Both the position numbers and the translations under genes were made by a program. A DNA stretch of 64,000 nt from Octopus vulgaris. Taxonomy: Eukaryota. Shown one piece after another: positions 12,170 through 23,955 of the stretch. Location: assembly GCA_951406725.2 (NCBI GenBank), contig OX597830.1:41044001-41108000 (forward strand). Direction: 5' to 3'. Each line of letters opens with the position of its first letter. Positions within the stretch are counted from its first letter, which is position 1. The notes under the pieces were generated by a model that was not told the origin of the DNA, did no database searches, and saw nothing but the letters and a program-made list of their open reading frames with translations.

Positions 12170-12667
12170 TGTGTCCTTTCTATGTCTAGATTTTAAATAC
12201 CTCTAATGATATCTTTCAGGAGTAGATAAATGAAATTAGTTACAGCCAAGTATCAGAGTGGAAGGTGCAGGGGGGGGGGATTTAATCAGCCGTATCTTCT
12301 CTACAAAACTTGTAGCTTTGTTTATGAGAAATCTTTATTTCTTAACACTGTTATGTCACTGAAGATCTGATGTTTTGATTCACTTGTGCGATATTTTTGC
12401 TAACAATGGTTGTTAAATCTTCCCCAGTCCTTCTTTTAGCTGCCGACAGTTAATTAGATTTCTTAGAATAAAGACATAACTGATTTTTTTTTTTGTGCGT
12501 ATATTTATTATTTTATGCCAGGACACGAAGAAGAAATTTGCATGTGAGTGAGGCTGTCAACTATTTCAACAAATGAGTCAATCATAAACTCATTCAATCT
12601 ACTAGTTTTGGGAATTGTGTTGTTATATACTTATTAGTCTTGTTCCCAAGGCTTTTCATCTCAATTT

Positions 12668-13110
12668 AATGGCAGAATTGTATAGCACCCAAGGCAGCAT
12701 GCTTAGCAACATTTCATCCATTTTTACATTCTGAGTTCAAATACTGTTGAGGTCGGCTTTGCTTTTCATCCTTTCATGGCCAATAAAATAATCAGCAGTC
12801 AAGCACAGGGGTCAATGTAAGTGAGTTACCGTCTCTGAAATTGCTGGCCTTGTGCCAAAGTTTGAAATCATCATTGTCATCGCCATTATCATCTAGGGTG
12901 GCAAGCTGGCAGAATCATTAGCACACTGGGCGAAATGCTTAACAGTATTTTGTCAGCCACTACATTCTAAGTTCAAATTCCACCGAGGTTGACTTTGCCT
13001 TTCATCCTTTTGGGGTCGATTAAATTAGTACCAGTTACACACTGGGTTCGATGTCATCAACTTAATCCTTTCCCCCAAATTTGAGGCCTTGTGCTTCCAG
13101 TAGAAAGGAT
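12668..13110 (+). mobile_element. Two tandem SINE family A copies (12668-12868, 12896-13110)
   Basis: Head, B-box and core occur twice. Confidence 0.8.
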
Positions 13111-13122
13111 TATTATAATTGT

Positions 13123-13152
<30 letters not shown>

Positions 13153-13153
<1 letters not shown>

Positions 13154-13634
13154 TTGTTTTGTCTTGGTATAAAAGATGGGCTACAGCAAATATTCTGCTC
13201 AATACCACAGATTTGCTTGTCAGTTGTTTGACCGTAACCAGTTGAGCATGTCCCTTAGTGGCTGACGATATGTGCATCTCTGATCACGAACAGAAGTAGT
13301 GGGGGAGCATCATAGCCATGTGTTGAGAGGGATTCTTTGGGGTTTGAATAATTCACCTCTGGAAACATGGGTGGTTCTTTCAACATCCTTAAACACCCTT
13401 ATTCAGGGACCTTTTGAGCGGGATGGGCTACTCAACCTGAAGAAAATTCTAACTGGGCCCCACCTGCAAGGTCATGCGCTGTTTATCTTGATATGAGATC
13501 ACCATGTCGCGTACATATGGTTGTGATGCATGCGCCTGGTGTACCCTTATCAGACGGGTAGTCATGATGGGTATATTGGGCTTCGTATATTTTACCCCAG
13601 TGTCACTTTGATGGCATGAACTGCTCTCTCACTC
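13153..13634 (+). mobile_element. Interspersed repeat family E (retroposon-like, abuts (AAT)n)
   Basis: About 480 bp, with reverse-complement copies at 40224-40745 and 55660-56910 (split). The same end always adjoins an AAT/ATT run. Orientation is inferred from that run. Confidence 0.75.
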
Positions 13635-13670
<36 letters not shown>

Positions 13671-13737
13671 TATTATTATTATTATTATTATTATTATGAT
13701 GATGATGATGGTGATGGTGATGGTGGTGGTGGTGGTG

Positions 13738-14505
13738 GCAGCGGTGGCAAACTAGCAGAATCGTTAGCATGCTAGATGAAATGCTTTGTGGTAGTTCATC
13801 CATCTTCACATTCAGAGACCAAATTCTGCTGAAGTTGACTTGACTTTACATCCTTTTGGGGTCAATAAATTAAGTACCATTTGATCACTGGCATTGATGT
13901 AATGAATTTACCCCTCCACTGAAGTTGCTGGCCCATCCTTTTGGGTGAACACTGGGGCCAATGTAATCAGCTATTCCTTCTCTCAAAATTATACTGGCCT
14001 TGTGTCAATAGTGGAAAGGATTATTATTATTATCATTATCATCATCATCATTATTGAAGGTTGTGAACTGGCAGAATCATTAGCACACTGGGCAAAATGC
14101 TTAACAGTATTTTGCCTGTCGCTACATTCTGAGTTCAAATTCCACTGAGGTTGATTTTGCCTTTCATCCTTTCGGGGGTTGATTAAATAAGTACCAGTTA
14201 TGCACTGGGGTTGATCTAATTGACTAAATCCCCCCCCCCCATATTTCAGGCCTTGTGCCTCTTGTAGAAAGGATTCTTATTAATATTCCTAAGGCAGTGA
14301 GCTGGCAGAATTGTTAGCACCCCGGATGAAATGCTTAACAGTATTTCATCTGTCTTTACATTCTGATTTCAGTCTCTGCCAAGGTTGACTTTCTCTTTCA
14401 TCCTTTCAGGGTCGATAAAATATGTACGAGTTGAACGCTGGGATCGATCTAATTGACTTACCCTTTCCCCCTGAAATTGCTGATTTTCTGCCAAAATCTG
14501 AAACC
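13738..14505 (+). mobile_element. Three tandem SINE family A copies plus one partial 3' half
   Basis: Copies at ~13738-14020, 14058-14275 and 14291-14505, separated by ATT/ATC runs. Confidence 0.8.
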
Positions 14506-15780
14506 ATCACCCCCACCCTCCACCACAACCACAACCACCACCACTACTGCTGCTGCTGCCACTTCCATTGCTATAGATGCAACAAATATTATTATGACTA
14601 CTTCCTTCACCATCACCCCAGCTGGTGTGATTGCTTTTCTCATCACCACCAACCACCGCTATTACTGAAAGAACTCTTACCACTACCACTATATTCACCA
14701 CCATCACCACCACCACCACCACCACTACCACCACTACCACCACCAGCATACTACTAGTATTACTCTCACTAACAACATCAACAACACTAACATTCACTAC
14801 ATTCTATTCTGTAAATCTTCTCCTGAATACCGTTCTTCTGAACTTCCCTCCTTTTGTCTAAGATTACAATATTTGTAAAGTTCTCGTTTATAAAGGTCAG
14901 GTAACAACAATTTCCTGCATGTTATTTCTTGACATGTCTGTATTTATCTATGTGTATATTATTTGCAGTGTGTGTGTGTGTGTGTGTGCGTGTGCGTGCA
15001 CATGTTTGAATTGATATATGTGGAAATGAAGGATAAAGTACTCAATACAAGCAGAGCTTATTCATTTATCTGAAGCTGAAGATTTCCTCTAATGCTGTTC
15101 TGAGTTGTAAAACCAGGAGCAGAAATGTGAAACTCAGCTTTGAATGAATAAATGTGTGTGTGTGTGTGTGTATGGATATGCATATATGTGCCATTATCAT
15201 CACCATCATCATCCTTTAAAGTCTGTTTACCATGCTGGTATGGGTCGGATAGTTTGACCAAAGCTAAAAAGCCAGAGAACTGCACCAGAAACTGATTTGG
15301 CTCAGTTTCTACAACTAGATGCCCTTCCTAACACCAAACATTTTGCGGCATGTGCTAGATGCTTTTAACGTGGCTCTCTCTCTCTCACACACTTTCTCTC
15401 TCACACACTCTCTCTCTCTCTCACACTCTCTCTCACACACTCTCTTCATAATGTGTGTGTGTGTTTCATCACTTCAAACTGTCTTTTAGTTTGTCTTTGA
15501 AGTGCAAAGAAACTTTAACATTGAGACCAACTTCATGCAAACGTGAAAGCATGCTGGCAAAAAGGCCACTGCTCTAAATGAAAACCTTACTTGTCATTGT
15601 GATTTTGTGGCACAGAGCAGAGGAGACTTTGTCAGCTACTCAAGAAAACATATAATAAATGATCCACAGGCACTTGAGCAAACTGAGTCCTCAACTTCTT
15701 CCATTTGCCAAAAGATTTGCAAGGCACCAGCAGGTCTTATATGTGTGTGTATGTATATATATATATATATATATATATTA

Positions 15781-16008
15781 AGGCGGCGAGCTGGCAGAAA
15801 CGTTAGCACGCCGGGCGAAATGTGTGGCCGTATTTCGTCTGCCGTTACGTTCTGAGTTCAAATTCCGCCAAGGTCGACTTTGCCTTTCATCCTTTCGGGG
15901 TCGATAAGTTAAGAAACAGTTGCGCACTGGGGTCGATGTAATCGACTTAATCCCTTTGTCTGTCCTTGTTTGTCCTCTCTGTGTTTAGCCCCTTGTGGGT
16001 AGTAAAAG
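15781..16008 (+). mobile_element. tRNA-derived SINE family A, youngest-looking copy
   Basis: A-box-like TGGCAGAAACGTTAGC, B-box GAGTTCAAATTCC, and core GGTCGACTTTGCCTTTCATCCTTTCGGGGTCGATAA. From recall, the core resembles the Deu/Nin SINE domain. About 20 copies occur in the window. Confidence 0.85.
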
Positions 16009-16039
16009 ATATATATATATATATATATATGTGTTTGTG

Positions 16040-16040
<1 letters not shown>

Positions 16041-16070
<30 letters not shown>

Positions 16071-16298
16071 AGCTGAATTTGTCTGTGTGTGTGTGTGACC
16101 AATCGACTACACTGTGACTAATCAATGTATTTCAACCAGAAAAATGTTCACTGATAGAGAAAAAGCTACATAATGCAAAATTTTTACTTTTCAAAAAAGA
16201 TTGAAACTATGTCAAAACTTTGTTAACGCGACATCAAAGTCTGCTGTTTTAAGCGCAACTAAAAAACAAGCCTGAGCAACGCCGGGCTATACTGCTAG
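16041..16298 (+). mobile_element. Short non-autonomous Helitron
   Basis: 3' GC-rich hairpin GCCTG-AGCAACGC-CGGGC (16270-16287), then CTAG (16295-16298) and a T. The 5' part ATATAAAGCTGAA...TGTCTGTGTG is typical of short Helitrons. The exact 5' end is lost in (TA)n. Confidence 0.65.
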
Positions 16299-16434
16299 TA
16301 TATATATTTATAAATGAGAGAAAAAGAGAGAGAGAGAGCTTCAATGTTTTATTGGCGAATATTCTTTTATACAAAATAAATTTAAACAAATTGAAAAGAA
16401 CATAATATGTGAGTAAATATAATACTATGTATGT

Positions 16435-16630
16435 TAGCTTAAGCCCTTTTACATCTCCTTATTCAGCATTTAATATCCAAAGACCATTCTCATACAGAGA
16501 TGGCTTGTAATGAAAGGAGCTAGATTACCAAATGCAATGTATAATTCTATTTACTGATCTGCAGGGCTGGTTCTGTAGTACTATACTGATGAGGTCTTAT
16601 TGAATAAAACATGTGTCCATAGTTTTCACT
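16435..16630 (+). mobile_element. Possible Penelope-like element 3' relic
   Basis: 16441-16485 reads, with frameshifts, ALYISLF..AFNIQR. This resembles the EALYI...P.LN.Q end of PLE GIY-YIG endonucleases. A hammerhead-like motif follows ~100 nt later, as in PLE terminal repeats. Confidence 0.35.
16580..16623 (+). ncRNA. Degenerate minimal type I hammerhead ribozyme, probably inactive
   Basis: ACUAUA-CUGAUGA(16586-16592)-GGUC uuauu GAAU-AAAA (GAAA expected)-C AUGU G-UC-CAUAGU. Stem I and the GUC triplet are recognisable. The catalytic G of GAAA is mutated and stem II is damaged. Confidence 0.45.
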
Positions 16631-16921
16631 TGCTTGCAAATATCAGACTGATTTTTCCTCAAGCATGTAAATTAACCTAAGAAATTTGTTAACTTCTTGA
16701 AATCATCTCCCCTTTGCCTTAATTGTCACTAACAATTGATGTTAGACATGTTTCCTTTCTCCCGCTCTGAGAAAAATTTCAGTAAATTAAGAATTTATTG
16801 CGTATGGCATTCAATAGATGATACTTTAACTCATATGTATATGATCTATATGTGTGTGCATAAATATGATTTATATTTATATTTGTTTCTGTGTGTGTGT
16901 GTGTGCATGCATGTGTGTGTG

Positions 16922-17170
16922 TGGAGGTGCGTGGCTTAGTGGTTAGGGTGTCAGCACCACGATCGTAAGATTGTGGTTTCGATTCCTGGACTGGGTGACG
17001 CGTTGTGTTCTTGAGCAAAACACTTCATTTCACGTTGCTCCAGTCCACTCAGATGGCAAAAATGAGTAACGCTGTGATGGACTAGTGTCCCGTCCAGCTG
17101 GAAAACACATACGCCATAGAAACTGGAAAACCGAACCCATGAGCCTGGCTAGGCTTTGAAAGAGTGCATT
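16922..17170 (+). mobile_element. tRNA-derived SINE family B
   Basis: A-box GTGGCTTAGTGGTTAGGG, B-box GGTTTCGATTCC, and central box TTGTGTTCTTGAGCAAAACACTT...CCAGTCCACTCAG. Confidence 0.85.
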
Positions 17171-17638
17171 TATTTTATTATATATATATATATATATATA
17201 TATAGTCAGAATGAGGATATTCAAACCTCTTATAGAGATATTTATTCAAGATACACTGGTTTAATATATTGAATTTTGAAGAGATAATCCTTGAATGAGT
17301 ATATTATATAGAATATCATAAGATATCAGACATTTTTATTGAGCTAGAAAACAGAGAGTTCTAATGGATACAAATTAATTTATTAATTAATCAACATATT
17401 AACCAACAATTGTTTCATTTCTCAAATAAGATTGAAATTACAAAACATATATAAAAATATAATTTTGCATTCTAAATACCTTAAGAAGAAAATTGTTGGG
17501 TTTTTCAGGGGACAATAAGGATTACATTCGGATACTTTCAGAATATACAAACATGTTTACTATGCATGTATGTATATGTACGTATATATGTGTATATATA
17601 TATATATGCATGACTGTGCATGCATGTATGTGTATATG

Positions 17639-17812
17639 TAGATAGATAGACAGATAGATAGATAGACAGATAAATAGACAGATAGATAGATAGATAGACA
17701 GATAGATAGACAGATAGATAGATAGATAGACAGACAGATAGATAGATAGACAGATAGATAGATAGATAGATAGACAGACAGACACAGACAGACAGATAGA
17801 TAGATAGATGGA
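17639..17812. repeat. (TAGA)/(CAGA) compound tetranucleotide repeat
   Basis: Seen directly. Confidence 0.95.
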
Positions 17813-18025
17813 TAGGAAGAGAGATCTGTCATATATTACACACACACACACATATAATAAATTCAAAGCTGGCCTGTCCTAAATCCATTCACATAGATAA
17901 CATAACAAAGATTTGGAGTGGCTTGTTCTGATCTATTCTGGTTATGTGCATTGCTTCTAAGCATAATATGAATTGTGCGTGTATGTGCGTGCGTACAGAA
18001 GTAAATGTAGATACATAAACATGCA

Positions 18026-18063
<38 letters not shown>

Positions 18064-18523
18064 CTTAATTTATATGTATGTGTAGGATTTCTGTCAGCTT
18101 GCTGCTGCTTTATTAGTCAGGGCAAAAGAGATGAGTTCATCAGATCTAACATGGCATACAGTCTTAAAAGCACCAACAACAACAACGACAAAAAAAAAGC
18201 AGGCAAACAAAAGAAGAAGAAAAAAAAAACAACAACTCAGGAATTATAATGGAGGTGGCACTGGCTATTAAGATGCTAATAAAAATGCTTTCAAAATCTT
18301 CAGCCTGCTGGCTTTAACACTTTAGAAATCAGAAGAGTAAATCAAATCTTAGTTTAGCTAACCGTAAAAAAGAAACCAAAAAATGAGATAAAACTAACTG
18401 TGGGAAAATATTTTAATTGACAAAATCATTAAACATTTCCTGAAGATTTTTATAAACCAGTTACATCCAGGTCAGCTTCTCCAATCTATTTCCAGTTTTT
18501 TTTTTTTTGGAGAAGGAAAATAA

Positions 18524-18554
<31 letters not shown>

Positions 18555-18839
18555 TGGGTGAAGGGTGTTTGTTTTTGCATCATATTCTAAGCAATTTGCT
18601 TTTTGAGAAAAGTTGGATTCCTTTTTTATTTTATATTTTGCTTGCTGTATTTTTTTTTTTGTTTTTGCTTTCTTTCGTTCTTATCCTCATCTTCATCCTG
18701 CCCCTCTTTTTCCTTGTTTGTTAATACTTTTTGTTGTTGTTGTTGTTGTTGTTCATCCATTTCTCCTTCGTTCCCATTTTTGTTGGCTGTTTTTTTTTTG
18801 TTTTTTTTGGGGGGCTTTGTTTTTCTCTTAATGACTTCC

Positions 18840-19350
18840 ACATCGTTTTACCACCACTTTTCACCCGCCATCAACGGCATCATCATCATCATCATCATCA
18901 ATGTAACCATCATCACTATCACTATCCCCAACATCACCATCATCAGCATAACCACTGCCATCAGCATTATCATTCCACCATCATCATCACCACAACAACC
19001 AACATCACCAGAACCATCAACATCACCACCATCATCATTCCTTCTTAGCGCTACCATTGCCTCTGTCACCACCACTACCACTACTACTACCATCATCATC
19101 ATCATCACTACTACTTTTATAACAATCACTACCAGCCATTACTCTTTCAACCGCCACCAACCACATCCACTGCAATACCATCGTTCTACCATCACCTCCA
19201 TTATGACCACCAGCCTCACCACCACCATTATGACCACCACCACCTCTCACTATTTCTGCTACTACCTCTACGACAATAATATCATCATCATCAATATCTA
19301 CTTCTCCCTCCATCAATGGTGATATTTTTATCATCACTACATCTACCAAT
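18840..19350. repeat. Degenerate (CAT)/(CAC) low-complexity block
   Basis: Seen directly. Similar blocks at 14505-14800 and, on the opposite strand, 42700-42840. Confidence 0.85.
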
Positions 19351-19351
19351 A

Positions 19352-19554
19352 TTCTTTTCTACTCAAAGGCACTTAGGGGAGGGGGCCAGTTGATTAGATC
19401 GACCTCAGTACGCAACTGGTACTTAATTTATCGACCCCGAAAGGATGAAAAGCAAAGTCAACCTCGCTGGAATTTGAACTCAGAACGTAAAGACAGACGA
19501 AATATCGCTTAGCATTTCACCCGGCGTGCTAATGTTTCTGCCAGCTCGCTCCTT
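19352..19554 (-). mobile_element. SINE family A (CpG-rich, young)
   Basis: Reverse complement closely matches the 15781 copy. Confidence 0.8.
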
Positions 19555-20040
19555 AACCACAACTAGCAATATTACATCCATGAGGATGACAACAACAATA
19601 CCGACAACAACAACAGTTTCACAATTAGCAACTTCACTAGAAGTGTTGCTGCTATCTTTGTTGTAAGTCAATGATCTCCCACACTTCATTGGTGTCTGCT
19701 GACCCAACAAGATCTCTGTGTCAGTATAAAGTCTCTGTGTCCGTATATTGTTTTATAAACGATGTCCATCTAAAGGTCTACAGCTTCACTTGCTCCTTCT
19801 GTCTCCTCCTCCTCCTCCCCACTTTCTCCTGTTCATCAGTTCTTTTACTTTTATCTTTACTGACTGCTTAGGAAGCTAATTAGATCAGTTTCTTTATCAG
19901 TTAACTAATGCATACTCTTGGCTTGTGTGTATGTATGTGTGTGTGTGTATACAGACATACGTGTATGTGTGTGTAAAGTCCAGTGTGTACACAGGAAAAG
20001 AAGGTAAAACAGTGTATCAATTTATCTGTAAACACATATA

Positions 20041-20075
<35 letters not shown>

Positions 20076-20094
20076 ACATACACACACAAACCCA

Positions 20095-20722
20095 CATCAT
20101 TGTCATCATTTTAGCATCACCTTTTCCATGCCTGCATGAATCAGATGGAATCTATTGGCAAATTTTCTACAGATGGATGCCCTTCCTGTCACCAACATTC
20201 ATCTGTTTTCAAGTAAGGTAATGTTTTTCCCCATGACTGCACATGTGTTCCTGAAAGATGGGAAACAAATGACCTGACACTACTTGTATGATAGCGATGT
20301 ATGATAGCAACCAGTCTGCAATTCCAAGACAAGGAATTATGCGCATGTATGTGCACATACACACTCATGCACACAGGACAGGCTTCTTTCAGCTTCTATC
20401 TACCAAATCCAATCACAAGGCTTTGGTTGCCAGGAACTATTGTAGAAAACACTTGTTCTAGGTGCCATGTATTGGGACTGAACTTAAAACCATGTGGCTG
20501 GGAAGCAAACTTCTTAACCATACAGACATACTTGCACTTATGTAGGTGTACACAAATGCACATACATATACAATGGACTTCCACACAGTTTCCATTTAGC
20601 AAATTCACTCACATGATATAGGTTGCTCAGAGCTTTAGTAGAAGACACTTGCTCAAGGAACTGCATAGCAGAATTAAAACCATATTGTTGTAAAGCAAAC
20701 TTTTTAACCTCACAGTCATACC
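20095..20722 (-). mobile_element. SINE with family C head and a D-like (GAT)n tail, plus a second C head
   Basis: C heads at ~20378-20540 and ~20572-20722; tail GGATGCCCTTCCTGTCACCAAC at ~20095-20340. Related tails occur at ~21930-22200 (-), ~34745-34990 (-) and ~53628-53960 (+). Confidence 0.65.
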
Positions 20723-22195
20723 TATAAAAAGAGAGTTTCCTGACAGACTGTTCCACAGTTTGTTGACTGCTCCTCAGAGAAGACATACCTAGCTTCCTTC
20801 TCATGTAGTTAATAAAAAATTCATGAAAAATATGAAAGTAGCATATTTACATTTTTGTAGTGGCCATGGATAGCCTTTTCATTTTTAATCTTTTAATTCC
20901 TAATATTAATGATTTCCCCAGTGTGACAACATCACCCAACACTTAGGTCCCTTTAGTAGAGTCCACTTTGTTGTAAATATTTAAACCATGTCTCTTACCT
21001 GAGGGCAGATAGCTCAATATCTTGCTGTGCTACTTTCTACAGCAGTAGCTCATGATATGTGGCTTTTTACTCTCTTTTTGAAACCATAGAAATGCTGCAA
21101 AAGAAGGCTATGGGCACCACTCTTCTTCTGTTGATATAGAAATTTTTTAAAAAATGAGGTATGTTGTTACATGTTTCCCTTAAAAAAATACTGAAAGGAA
21201 ATTAGAAGAAAATTGCATTTCATTTCAGTGACAAAACAAAACACATGTCAATAAGGCCAGGCATGTGCTGGTTTTAACATGTAGCACCATTTTTATAGCA
21301 CGTGGATTTAGCAGGTTTGAATACCAAAGGGTTAGGTTAGAAATACACCGTAATTTAAGTATATCTACATATCTGAAAATAATTGCTTCTTTATTCCAAT
21401 GCAATTTGGTAAATGTCAAATAAAAAAATAAAAAGTTCAATGGAATACATTTTAAGAGCTTGGAATTTCAAATCAATTTATTTTAATTAAAAGAAAAAAA
21501 AATGTCTAGAACACTTTAGAAATATATATTTTTTATTTATGTTTTTAATGTCTTGTAAAATAATTTGTTAATTTAAATATTTACATGTATTGTTGTAACA
21601 GGTAGTTTTATTCTTGAATGTGAAGCTGTGAAATAGCAAACAGGAAAATGAAAATAATAATAATAATACTAACAACAACAACAACAACAATATTATCAGT
21701 AAATGGTAGAATTCTTCCATCCATGCACAGGTGTGATTTGTAATGACTAACAAATGTTGTGCAAATTGTTTTTCATGAATGTAATTTTTCAGAATATTTA
21801 TTCCAAGTTGTGTCTGAAAGCCAATTCCAATGAGTTATGATGAACGACCAACTTTTATTTGTAGTTTTAACACTCTGAATCATTATCCTCATTGTCGTCA
21901 TCGTCGTCCTCCTCCTCCTCCTCCTCAGCATCATCATCATCATCATCATCATCATTTTCTTGTCCACTTTTCTATAATTGCATAGTTTGGATGGAATTCT
22001 TTAAGCCAGATTTCCAATGGCTGGATGCCCTTCCTATTGCTAAACCTAACCTGTTTCTAAGCAAGGTAATATTTCCCCACAGGGCAGACATGTTTCTGCA
22101 GGGTGTTAAAAATGAATTGATAGATACTTGTATGACAGAGGCACCCATTTGCAAATAATATGAGATGTCAAGACAAGGAGACACAAACATACATG

Positions 22196-22230
<35 letters not shown>

Positions 22231-22542
22231 CACACACACACACACACACATGTATATACATATTGACATATCAAAAAACATACAAACAAAAATACCTTCC
22301 AATGAAGGAACCTTGGATCTAGGTTAGAAACTGGTTCTTTCTCTATTGGCAAGAAATCTTTAAATAAACTGAATAATGACATATATATGTACATTATTAT
22401 CTTCGTTCTGTTTCCATCTACCACATTCACTTACAATGCTTTGTTTGGCCCATGTCTATAGTAGAAGACACTTGACCAAGGGAAGCCACATGTATGAGAA
22501 AACTGTAGAACTGGTTTTTTGGAGATAGTGTATTTTAAATAG

Positions 22543-22652
<110 letters not shown>

Positions 22653-23380
22653 CAACTGATATAACTATCAGAGGTGAAGTAGTAAGAGATGTAAATAGTT
22701 CATTGAATAGAAGAGAATTTATCTTAAGCAGAAATTATCTTGTTCAATTAGGAAGATTTTCATGTATGGTTTATCTTTTTATTATTTATTTATTCGTTTA
22801 TTTATTAGCCATTTGCTTTATTTACTTTTGCAAAGTCATAGTCATTTTATAAACATCATTCTTATCATCAATCATTTGTAGGTTTATTTAGTCTTGGTCT
22901 AAATGTAGATCCACTTACTAGTAGTAGTAGTAGTTGTTGTTGTTGTAATGGTGTTTATTTTCTTGTGTGAAATTTGTTATTTAAGATAGTAATAATTCTT
23001 CATTGTTGTCAGTGTTTTCAAAACACAGAGCATTCTATCAAAGTCTTTATCTTGAGTAATTATAGTTAAGCTTTTTTAGAATTCATAGCTTCTTTGGATG
23101 AGAGGGTTTTTTTTTTATTGTTTATTAATCTTTCTTGTTTTTTTTTTTTTTTGCGTAGGTCTTCAAATTGATTTGTAAGAATCACTTAGGTTAACTAGTG
23201 GTAATAAATAAGTACCAGTAACTCTAAAGTGTAGAAAGATATGAGATTAAATATTTTTAAACATTAAATGTGTCATTGTGGTTACAAGTTCAGTCCCACT
23301 TCATGGCACTTTCGGCAAAAGTCTTTCACTATAACATGGAGTCAACCAAAGCCTTGTGAGTAGATTTGGTAAACAAAAAG

Positions 23381-23413
<33 letters not shown>

Positions 23414-23435
23414 CCGAAATGTACAGTATTATATG

Positions 23436-23543
23436 TCCATCTTGGCTGATCTTACCAATCGGTTTCGTGCTAGGAATACACTGTTTTGTTAGGTAACAAT
23501 CGGATTATATAACTTTACACTCATCAGAGTTAACCAATATGGA
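23436..23543 (-). ncRNA. Type I hammerhead ribozyme motif (Penelope-like element / retrozyme type)
   Basis: Minus strand, in order: stem I 5' arm UCCAUAUUGGUUAACU; CUGAUGA (23527-23521); stem II GUG(U)...(G)CAC with a long loop; GAAA (23466-23463); stem III CC-GAUU-GG; cleavage triplet GUA; stem I 3' arm AGAUCAGCCAAGAUGGA. All core nucleotides are intact. Confidence 0.7.
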
Positions 23544-23574
23544 AAGGAATATGGTGATTGCTGACCAAATATAT

Positions 23575-23955
23575 TCTTTTACTTGTTTCAGTTATTTGAC
23601 TGCGGCCATGTTGCAGCACCACCTTTAGTTGAGCAAATCGACCCCAGGACTTATTCTTTGTAAGCCTAATACTTATTCTATTGGTCTCTTATGCCGAACC
23701 GCTAAGTTATGGGGACGTAAACACACCAGCATTGGTTGTCAAGTGATGTTGGGGGGACAAACACAACACACACATATATATTTATATTTATGACTGGCTT
23801 CTTTCAGTTTCCGTCTACCAAATCCACTCATAAGGTTTTGGTTGGCCTGAGGCTATAGTAGAAGACACTTGCCCAAGGTGCCATGCAGTGGGACTGAACC
23901 CAGAACCATGTGGTTGGTAAGCAAACTACTTACCACACAGTCAATTCTGTGCCTA
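23575..23955 (-). mobile_element. SINE family C, full length
   Basis: Reverse complement of the 43088 copy. A + strand partial copy lies at ~23272-23382. Confidence 0.85.

Noticed and set aside
16922-16995. tRNA gene
   Set aside because: A and B boxes are present, but the sequence runs into a SINE core and recurs as many diverged copies. The same applies to family A and C heads.
18603-19322. 239-aa ORF
   Set aside because: Translation of T-rich and (CAT)/(CAC) low-complexity DNA; non-ATG start, open in several frames, no domain.
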